Shown piece after piece: positions 45,662 through 55,152 of a stretch of 64,000 nt of DNA. The number at the start of each line of letters is the position of its first letter. The first letter of the stretch is position 1. This stretch comes from Phoronis australis (lineage: Eukaryota > Animalia > Phoronida). Below the pieces are notes generated by a model. That model saw nothing but the letters and a program-made list of their open reading frames with translations. It searched no databases and was not told the origin of the DNA. The stretch is taken from contig NMRA01000135.1 of NCBI GenBank assembly GCA_002633005.1, forward strand, positions 803,681-867,680. The letters run 5' to 3'. The translations under genes and the position numbers were made by a program.

Positions 45662-45974
45662 CCTATTTCCCGGTGTTGGAGCAGCGTGCGTGTCTTTCGG
45701 TGGTGGCGGGAAATAAGTTTTCATAACTTGTTTTCTCGTGCCCATTTTGACAGCCACGTGCGTCACTGCTTTTGCAGTGCCTGAGTTCAGGTTTACTAGA
45801 ATTTCAAGCGTTTGTCGTTAGTTTAGTGTCCGTTTTTGTAAATAGGTATTTATTATTGGTATAATAGTATATAGTCTGTATTAATTATTTTGTTAGAGTT
45901 TTGAACCTTTCTAGGAATTCTAGAATAGGTCACGTGACCACGTGGTTTTCCTAAGACGAAGCCCCGTGTGTGTT

Positions 45975-47379
45975 ATGTCTTTCCAAGACAGGGTTCCGGT
46001 AAACTTCTGTCTTTCCCAAGAGTTATTCAAGCTCTCGGGCATGACAGAAGATATTGCCCAATCCATTCTGGCTTTTCGGCAAACTCAGCCGATAACCCCA
46101 GATAATATTAACCACATCCATTCCGGATGGAGGTTGACGAGGAGTGCTATTTCTGGCATTGATTTCACCCAGTATGGTGATGTTCAGTCCAGAGATATCT
46201 CTCCTCTGGGTAGTCCTGTACGTACCCGTTTGCCCCAAGACTTAAGTGGTATTGCCCAGGTCTGTGACAGGTTAAACAAGTCCCCTGTTAAGAAGGAAGC
46301 ACTCTTCTTCGCCTGTGCCTGCCCAGAGTTCTGGTAGCCGAACGGTTGGTCCGTCTACCCACACCCGTCCCTATAGTTTAAGGCCAAATGCCCCGTCTAA
46401 GCTAGTGTTTCTAAGGGAAAAAGGCAAATGGGACGACTTTTTTGGAAATTTCAGCGCTTGGCTAAGGACAACTTATGGTCCGAAGACAAGTGCGTCTCGG
46501 AGTTAGGAATGTGTTTGGACGATGTGGCCTTGCATTTCTTCCTTAACTTCATGAGAACGAACCCAGACTCTGGTTTCGATGACGTGGCTGCACACATGTC
46601 AGAACATTTTTCTTCGACTGACTGCACCCAGGTCCTACGCGTTGAATTCCAATACGCCGAGCAGAAGCCGGGGGAATCTATTGAGAACTGGGCGTGTAGG
46701 TTAAACAGGTTGTTTTTAAAAGCCTTCCCGAACCCTTCGTTTCTCCCTTGGGTTACGCGATAAGGTTGTAGGTACGCAGGTGATGAACTCATCCCCTTTG
46801 TCCCTAGCTGAGGCAGAGTCTAAAGCTGCGTGGTTCGCAACGACCCAGCGATTGATGGCAAATCAAAACCGTCGGTCTGTTTGGTTTGAGGGCTCACCAT
46901 CGCGCAAAGACGAAGCTTCTGTCAACCTGCTTTCACAGAACAAAAAACCTGCACTTAAATTCAGTCCAATAGCATCCTCTGCTTCAAACTCTGCGGTTGA
47001 GTCTAGGCTGCATGCTTTAGAGTCTCAGATGGCTAAGGTCAACTCTGAAATAGGAGGTCTTAAAGAAGACAATGCCCTTATACATCGAGAAGTTAAAAGT
47101 ATGTCCCAGACTATGAGTTCGAATTTTAGAGGCTTTGCCTCAGACTTGTCGAGGGTATTAAAATTGTTGGCTTCTAATCCAAAACCATCTAGATCCCCTC
47201 CACTATCTAGGTCCCCCCAAGCTTCCCCACAGAGACCTTCAGTTATGTGTTTTAAGTGTGGTAAGTTTGGTCACTACCAGTCTGTGTGCCGTAGCCCGCA
47301 GTCTGCTAGAATTCGTCGTACATCCTTTGGGGATAAGTCCGATGATTTAAACGAGTTGGCGCTGGACGATCAGGTCTAA
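45975..47379 (+). pseudogene. gag: Retrotransposon gag (N-terminal HhH-like domain, capsid-like core, coiled coil, CCHC zinc knuckle), frameshifted
   Basis: Four consecutive ORF pieces (45942-46337, 46315-46506, 46428-46763, 46780-47379) join through about 3 frameshifts and 1 stop. Motifs: GKWDDF/WKFQRLAKDNLWSEDKCVSELGMCLDDVALHFF, EFQYAEQKPGESIENWACRLNRL, CFKCGKFGHYQSVC (CX2CX4HX4C). Confidence 0.85.
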
Positions 47380-47467
47380 CTCCAGTCCAGTCTCCTGATA
47401 CCAATTGTAGGGTATCCTCATCAAACGCCTATCGACTAATCTGTTAGACTGTTTTAGGGCAGGGAGT

Positions 47468-49392
47468 TTGTCCACTTCTTCTCGAGGTATTTCTGTGCAC
47501 GATGAGTGTCAGGGGAGAGGCCGACCTGTCTTGGCTAGATCTTGTGATGTAGTTCATGATTTGGTTGACTTGTCTACTGACATTCCTTGTACTCGGAATT
47601 CCCTTGGTGATATGGAGTGTCCAGCCTCCCTAAGTTCTGTGCTCACTCAGAATAGTCCGATTGAGTTACCCATTACTGATACTGATGTGATTAATACCCC
47701 AGTGTTAGTTCCGGTTAATTCGATAGATAAGTCTGAGTTGGGTGGAAAAGCTGTTTCTAGTACCCAGGTTGTTGCTAATTCTGAGTCATTAGATTTTGTG
47801 CACACCCTGGTTCCGGATCCCATTTCAGGGGGGTCAAAGGTGCCCCACAACCCTGTCGTTATGCAGGATCCACCTCCTGAGTTTGTAGATGCCCCTGTGG
47901 ACACTATTAATATTCAGGAGGCGTCTTCTGGTAACACCCTACACCAACAGGCTGGCTGTCTGCTTCACTGGAGGCAGAAGGTCACCCTTCCACAAAGGGT
48001 GAGGGATGCTGGTTCGCCATACCCTCGGATGTCGTGTGTGGCAAAAGTCCGCCAGCCACCTGGCCTGCCCCTAAAGGGTCGACGTTCGTCTGGGGCTTCG
48101 CCGTCCGCGTCCAAAGCTAAATCAGGACCACCTCCTGATTTGGCTGTAGATGCCCACTTCCATCTGGATCGCTTGTCGGCATCCTGGGCCCGGTCTCCAA
48201 TCTTTTTACTCGAAATGGAACTCGAAATTAGGTTTGACATTTTCTACTCTACTTTTGGGCGAACTCAACATAAGTGTCTATTATTCTATGCTCGAGTACA
48301 CAATAACTTACGTAGATAATTTATTGCCCTTACTTCACAGTTTGTAAACCCAATATTAAAGCAGTAAGTTCGAGTTTGAACTCGAAATTTCGAGTTTTTA
48401 CTCGAGTTTGTAGCACGAATATAAGGGTCTTCAAGGGCAAACTTGAACTAGAAACTCCTATGCATAAACTATAATGTATTCGAGCACAATCTGATAACCA
48501 ATTATCTTAAGTTCGCACAAAAGGAGCAGAGAAATTGCCAAAAATAGTTTCGAGTTCGTTTCGAGTACAAAGATTAGAGACTGGGCCCAGGGCTCAGCGT
48601 CATATCACTGAGAATAGGATGCTGACAATCGATCAGATGCTCAGCACCCAGCTGCCACGGGTTTCTCAAAAACCTGTGCGGTTGGTTGGTGGGATTGCAG
48701 TTTTCTGCGATGTGGAAAACTGGAAGTACGTTGAAGCTTCCTGTTTCCCACATGGCTGGAAGGCTGTGGTGGGCATCCACCCCAAACGGGTTGGAACAAC
48801 GAATCCCGGTGTTCTGGAGCGTCTCCCCCAGCTACTAAAGGAGCCCTTTGTGGCTGGCTTAGGCGAGGTCGGTCTGGAGGCCCGGGAGGACTTGGCCATC
48901 CAAAAAGAAGCTTTGGAGGAGAAGGTGCGAATCTTTGCGGAGGTTCGGGCCAGCTCCCCCAGCTTCAAAAACAAAGTCGTGGTGATCCACCTTCGTGGTT
49001 CCTCCGACAATCCACGTTTCCTGGAGGGACAAGACTTCGTCTTTGATCTCCTGAAGCGCCACTGTGATGCAAACTTGGGTTTGCATCTCCATTGTTTTGG
49101 AGGTGCGCCCGAGGATGTACTCCGGTGGACGGGGTTCTTTAGAAACTGCCACTTCGGCTTCGCCGGTCATGTGCGGCCGTTTCTTAAGTTCCAAAATAAG
49201 GGATTACAAGAGGTTCCGATGAATCGACTCCTCCTGGAGTCTGATTCACCGCACCTCGCCATTGGGCCTTGCCCAATGGCGCTCCAATACCTGGGGGAAG
49301 TAGCTATGGAGGTGGCGCAGCGTTCTCGTCGTCCGCTGCGTGACATCCTGGCTGTTTCCACCAGGAATGCCAGGCGGCTTTACCATCTCTAA
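47468..49392 (+). pseudogene. tatD: TatD-family deoxyribonuclease ORF with a Ser/Pro-rich N-terminal linker, interrupted by a MITE (about 506 aa when repaired; TatD domain about 48146-49392)
   Basis: VDAHFHLD, VGIHP, GLGEVGLE, VVIHLRG, LHLHCFGG, FGFAG and VPMNRLLLESDSPHL are the ordered TatD motifs. Joining 48186 to 48591 gives an in-frame ..RLSASWAQRH.. junction. Intronless and visibly more GC-rich than the flanks. Confidence 0.9.
48187..48587. mobile_element. PIF/Harbinger-like MITE inserted in the TatD ORF
   Basis: About 40-bp TIR GGCCCGGTCTCCAATCTTTTTACTCGAAATGGAACTCGAAA / TTTCGAGTTCGTTTCGAGTACAAAGATTAGAGACTGGGCC. CWG flanks (CTG 48184-48186, CAG 48588-48590). AT-rich interior with CTCGA/TCGAG repeats. 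Confidence 0.85.
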
Positions 49393-50277
49393 CAAATTGT
49401 TAGAGGTGGTTCAGCATCCTGGTGTGCCTGGGTCATAACCTATGCCCCAGGTTTTCTCCTAGTCCATTGGGTAACTGCCCGTTATTATAAACTCTGAGGC
49501 TGACTACGGTCTCTGGGTTTGTGCCTTACCCTTGGTCTTAGGAGAATTGTGATGTCCGTATTAAGTAGTATAATTAGTTAAGTGGCGTACTGGTCCATTA
49601 TTTTTATATAGTAGTGTTATTCGTTAAAACTATATAGTATATTTTTGTTATAAGTTTTCATACTGTATATATAGTCTATTTATATATTCAAGACTATACT
49701 TTCTATAGTATTATGTATTAGTTGTTATAGTTTATTTTTGTATATTAAGTTAAGTTTTCTATATAGTATATGTATGTTATGAGAGACTATATCATTTTAT
49801 ATCTCAATGCATCACTACTAAAGTATAATGAATACTCATTTTATGGCCAGTATGCTTTTCGTTGTTCAGTTTTTTAGTTTTTTTTTTTTAAATGTATATA
49901 TTCTCTCGCCAGGTCATCACCAACAATCAGAGTGTTGTCATAGCATAGTCCAGAAATTCTATGCTCCCTGGTACTGGTATTAGTGGAGCATATTTTTCTT
50001 TTTTTTCTTTTTTAGTCATGTTCGACTACTATAATGGATATATGCTATGACTGTGTGTCTCATTAGTATTTGTTTTTTTTTGGTAGGGGGGGGGAATAGT
50101 TAGATTAAATTTTAACCAGTAATTCTTACTTTACAAGGTCACTCCTCATCATGTTAGTTATAGGGTTTAAGGTCTTGTCACTGTTGTCTTAGGTCAAGGG
50201 TTTATGTTTAGATGTTGGGAATGACGTTCGCCATTTGCTATAAGGGCTCCACTCCTTTTCTTTAGGTAAGGGAGGAA

Positions 50278-50579
50278 TGTAGCAAATGTCGACGTCAGTC
50301 TCTGCTGTGGCGTCTCTATGTTGTGATGTGCTTTTCGTGACAATGTTGGCCTTGGCCTGGTGCGACATCTGACGCCAGAAGAGCCCAGCCGAGTTCACCC
50401 TGCTATCATGTGACCGTCACCCTTCAAGACCACGTGACAAGATCTTCTGGCTCTTCTGGAGTTCGCTGCCGTCCTGTACGGACGTAATGTGAGTATACTC
50501 CGGACTTTTCTCTTGCACCGCGTTAATAGGCCCGAACCTGTGTGCCTGTTTTAGCCAGCGACCTCTTTTTATTACAACA
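50278..50579 (+). repeat. 3-prime LTR (302 bp)
   Basis: Direct repeat of 45341-45645, preceded by a polypurine tract. Confidence 0.95.
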
Positions 50580-50583
50580 TTAT

Positions 50584-52545
50584 TATTTTATTTCCACAAA
50601 CCCGGTCCTCGATGAGAGTTACCAATATTAAAACTGAGCGTGTTAGCTGAATGATCGGAATATATAAAATCATTAATTATATTAGACTGACATCTTGAAG
50701 ACATAACAATGTCAACTAGCCAATAGCCTAGTCTACTTTGAGCTTTTAATTGTTTATCTCTCCACGAGTACTTCCTTATCCCAGGGTTTCTCATCCTCCA
50801 TACATCTATTAAACTAAAATTTCTACAGAAATTATGAATATTGTCAATAAGATTTTTCTTATGGAGGACGTCAGTTAGCCCAAGTTTGTCCAAGTCAGTG
50901 AGTGGGCAGCACAGAGGACATTACATAATTGGAGGTCACTCAATTCACTTTCAAGTCTAGACAGGAAGATCAGTTGATTTCTTAAATCGTTTGAGAAATA
51001 TACATTAACAAAAACGAAATCTTCCTCATAGAGTTTACATGAAACAATATTGAAGCCACCATTTTCATCGTTTTTTACCACAATATTCCTAATGTTTTGC
51101 GAAATATTAGAATCAAATAATATAGTGGTTCCTCTACTATGTTTTGTTCCAAAGCTTGAAAAATTAAGACCATTCCACTCTTTTTGCAGAATATGTTCAA
51201 CTTCTGGACTAAAATACGTTTCCTGTAAATAAACAATGTTGAATTTGCTATGTGATATGAAATTCAATAAACGTTTCCACTTAATATCTGAATTTAATCC
51301 CCGGACATTTAAGGATACCAGTTTTAAATTATTCATCTTCACAACAATAGAGAACCTCAATGCCCACCCCCCAAGAGAACTAATACAAAATATGCATCAA
51401 GTGATATCACTCCCAAATAATAACGATTACCTATCTCATTCACACACTTACCATTCACAACCGGGGGAAGGGGGGAAACGAACAACAAAGAAACAAAAAT
51501 GTTCAGTTCCATATGATCGTCAATCAATCTCCGGAAAGCTTTTCTGGGTTCGATTCATTTGTCACACAACAATGTCGCGGGGCGTAATACTGCTTATATG
51601 TCGTCTAAGGAATTAATTCTCTTGATGGCGCCGCTCTTTAACTTCACAAATATTTTGCCATTGGTGCTCCACGAACTGTCCACTTGTTCATGCTTGAAGG
51701 ATTGTTTCAACAAGGAATAGTTTGTCGCAGTAAGATCTTCCAAAATGAATGTTCCGGTGTCTTTGGTTTTCCTCTTTGTGTAGCACTTTCGACTTGGTTT
51801 TATACGACATAAATTTGACGATGATTGGGCGCGGTTTAATCAAGGCCGATGAATGTCTGGTTGTTCTACTATCCTTCTTTCCGACTCGGTGCACTTTGTC
51901 TATATCTTTGTCAATAACACCAATTTCCAAGATATTCTTGCAAAATTCCAACACCAGCTGTTCACAGTTTTCTTCATCATTCTCCTCTATCCCATATACC
52001 CGAACTGAAGTCGAACGCGAATACTGCTCCAGTGAATTGATCTTTTCTCTCAACATCGTATTTTCTTGTTGTAAAGCAACAATGTCTTGTTTGAAATATT
52101 GGAGCTCCTCTTTAATTGCCTGTCGTATGGAAGTGTTGAGTTTTCTCTCCAGTTGTTCCATGCGTTCATCAAAGTTGGTAACCGTGCCCGTTGCCATGGC
52201 TGCGTGATGACTTATTGTTAGACTATTATTTGTCCACCAGTAGCTTTCCTGAGGGTTTCTCTTTAGACTTTCATTGGTGTTATATAATCACCTGTCAGGG
52301 GATTTGGATGTGACACTTCATGGTCAAATCAAGACTGAAAAGAGTTTGTTCTTCACCACCAACTCCTACCTTATCTACTGAATCCATTCAGATGATATGC
52401 ACTCCAGCCTTTTCTACACAACTTGTTCCACATTCAGGTATCAAGAAATCTTCACACACCTCCAATAAAAGTTTTTTTTTCAAGAAAAGGGTCAGAGCTG
52501 AGAACACGTGCGTGTTGTTATCTCGATTATCTCCCCTGGCCTCCA
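50584..52545 (-). mobile_element. L1/Tx1-like LINE, 5-prime part: ORF1 plus the APE endonuclease of ORF2 (decayed, 3-prime part missing)
   Basis: ORF1 about 52197-51610: coiled coil, LEQYSRSTSVRVYGIEE, IDKVHRVGK, PRPIIVKF, then frameshifted EDLT..SSWSTNGKIFVK. ORF2 51336-50588: LKLVSLNVRGL, LQETY, VNVY, IDVWRMRNPG..YSW, SRL.YWL, SDHS, RGPGLWK. The 5-prime boundary is approximate. Confidence 0.88.
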
Positions 52546-53203
52546 TTAGTGATCTTAATACATGTAGTGTGTGTTACCCGAACAAGAGCCGTTGGAGCAC
52601 ACTTTTACGATAGTTATGTTACTTATGACAGTGGACTCTGGAAAATAATAACATTCATAACAAAAAGTCAATGTTATTTTGAACACCCGTTGCATACTTG
52701 TCACTGTCAAAATCCCAGAATGAAAAAATGGGAAAATGGATTAAAAAGTGGGACATCTTGGTCTATGGCAAAATTCAAGGGTGAAATGTTCGCTGCAACA
52801 CACAAAACGTCCCCACAACGTTCTTTGTCGAACAGCAGACGCAACACCCAAAAGCAACCGACGGCATTTTTTGTATTTTTAGTCCAATGGGAAATTACGT
52901 GTGCTGAAAAAAATGAAAAGTTCCGTTTTTTTCTTTTTTATCGAACGGGGAAACCAGGGTTATTTCGCGTGGAAATTACAATGGCATGCGAAAATACGTC
53001 ACTTTCGCCGTGGATCAAAAAGCGAGACATTGTGATGATGTGGACGGGAAAGTTTCAAAAAGTGGGACAGTCTGCTTAGAGCAATTGTCACGTACAACGT
53101 ACGCTGTCAGTAATATTTAACGGTTATTATTCAGCCAGCAAAAACTTTTAAATAAAGTTTTGATGCAAAGTCATGGTCAGAAGAAAGGCAACACATGTCA
53201 CAA

Positions 53204-53419
53204 TCACCCCCACCCCCCANNNNNNNNNNNNNNNNNNNNNNNNNNNNNNNNNNNNNNNNNNNNNNNNNNNNNNNNNNNNNNNNNNNNNNNNNNNNNNNNN
53301 NNNNNNNNNNNNNNNNNNNNNNNNNNNNNNNNNNNNNNNNNNNNNNNNNNNNNNNNNNNNNNNNNNNNNNNNNNNNNNNNNNNNNNNNNNNNNCAACCCC
53401 ACCCCCCAACCCCCACCCC
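53204..53419. repeat. C-rich (CACCCC-like) simple repeat spanning an assembly gap
   Basis: CACCCCCACCCCCCA - N run - CAACCCCACCCCCCAACCCCCACCCC. Confidence 0.7.
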
Positions 53420-54786
53420 AAACTATCACTGATCACTGTGTGGGAGATGCCGAAGTCGAATTTGCGAATTAACAAAGTCATTAGCGTTTTCAGTTAGGAT
53501 TATTCTCTTTAAGTTTGCTTTATGATAATAAAACCGAATGCATGCATCATTCAGCGAGTTCACTCTGTTGCAGTAAATCATTACCTCTGCCTACTATGCT
53601 TGCAAATATAAACTGTCGTCGGATTATGCCATTGGTTACATTTTTGTATATTTCAGATTCGATTCACAAGAAATATGAATGAATGTCGACTTTTTACAAA
53701 AATGATGGTAACCATAAAACGCTCGGTAGTGGTCGGCCGATCGCGGAAATTAACGAAAGTGAATTGGGTCATTGGGCACAGCTAAATCATCGACAGAAAA
53801 AGAAGAGATGCGATGGAGGAAAATGGTTGGTGAAAAACCTCTAAAAACCTTGTCTGAATTTATTTCGATTCATATAAAAGGCTAAATAAGATATTAAAGG
53901 AGGCATTTATCAAACAAATGTAAATATTTAGTCTTGAGGTCCACAGTTACATTTAGAGCTCTTCAATTTTAGTGACACAAGTAAATTTCTGTAACGCTGT
54001 TTTTGATAGAGTAATTCTATTTTGTCACAAAAACTAAAAAAATCTCAGCAATGAGGCTTTCCTTGCACTGAAATTTGATCCACTTGTCTGCAGTCACTAG
54101 TGAGTTTGCAGTGGCTTTGTTAACTTAGGTAATGTCTGTAAATTCCACCAGCTCAGAATTGTGAGCAGAATCCGTGAGTGACGTGAAAGTAACAAAGAGC
54201 AGTCATCCTGACAATCTATTGCTGTGTCACCAATTATACAGTCACACAATAATTCATCGTTTCAGCAATGTCACAGCTGGTACAAACCTTCTCTTCGGTT
54301 TGAGAAACACCAAATGATTTAGGAAGCAGACATCTTGGAAATGAGAAAGACTTAATACTTTCATTGTCGCTTCATTGACTTTTCTGATAATACTGCCACC
54401 TATAGTGGCTAACAAAATATTCGAGGCTTGTATTTTCTAACTTTTAAGATTCTTACTAAACGTGTTAGTATATTCTTGGGAACTTTGTTGAAATTGACCT
54501 TTTGAACGTCTGGAGAAGGATTTAATCCACAGTTCTGAAGTAGCCACGGACGTGAAAATACAAGAGCTGAGACTATGGCCTAGAAATCTCGGGTTCGTGA
54601 GCTCTAACAATAGAATACATAGGTCACGTGCGGAGGATGGCATTCCATATCTAGAATTTTATGCACTAACCAAATAAAGCAATCTGAGAAGTCGCCACTA
54701 CAAGTATCAAAGTCAGAAAATAATTACCCCGAAATTAGTTTCAAAAGTTTGTGCTGACTTCCAAACTTTAAATTACTAACAGTTTT

Positions 54787-55048
54787 CAGTGGCGGATTTA
54801 GGTAGGGGGGCATTTGGCAGTTTGGGGTGCGAATTGGTGACTGGCATATGCGCGCACTTAAGCGGGCACGGGGGCGAATGCACAATAGAAACCCCGTTTA
54901 CCCGTTTTTTTAGTCATAAGGTTCACAAACTCAAAAATTCAAGACCCCTGCATCCCTACATTTTAGGCTGTGTGCGAATGTCATGTGGCGTAATTCTGGT
55001 TATTCCTGTGCCCTGCCCCCCCAGCTCAAAATCCTGGATCCACCCCTG
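54787..55048 (-). mobile_element. MITE family B copy
   Basis: CAGTGGCGGATTTAGG..AAAATCCTGGATCCACCCCTG. TSD GTTTT at 54782-54786 and 55049-55053. Confidence 0.8.
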
Positions 55049-55152
55049 GTTTTCCTAGATTTAGTACCTAACTGGTTCACAATTGTTCCGTTTACTTCGT
55101 GAAATCAGTGCATTTGTCGCCACACCAGTCAGCAAACATCAATCGCGCTTAA

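Larger units (their letters stand above)
45341..50579 (+). mobile_element. Non-autonomous Ty3/Gypsy-like LTR retroelement carrying gag and a TatD nuclease instead of pol
   Basis: LTRs 45341-45645 and 50278-50579 (TGTAGC..ACAACA, roughly 95% identical by manual comparison). 4-bp TSD TTAT at 45337-45340 and 50580-50583. PBS at 45648-45661. PPT AAGGGAGGAA at 50268-50277. Confidence 0.93.

Noticed and set aside
48535-49392. Treating the TatD ORF as an ordinary host TATDN gene or bacterial contamination
   Set aside because: It is intronless, lies between paired LTRs downstream of gag, and is interrupted by a MITE. The ORF-finder start at 48535 falls inside that MITE.
52423-53497. 218-aa ORF at 52423-53079 and ORFs crossing the N gap
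   Set aside because: No protein motifs. The first overlaps the LINE 5-prime UTR and probable transposon subterminal repeats (AAAAGTGGGACA x2). The others are gap artefacts.
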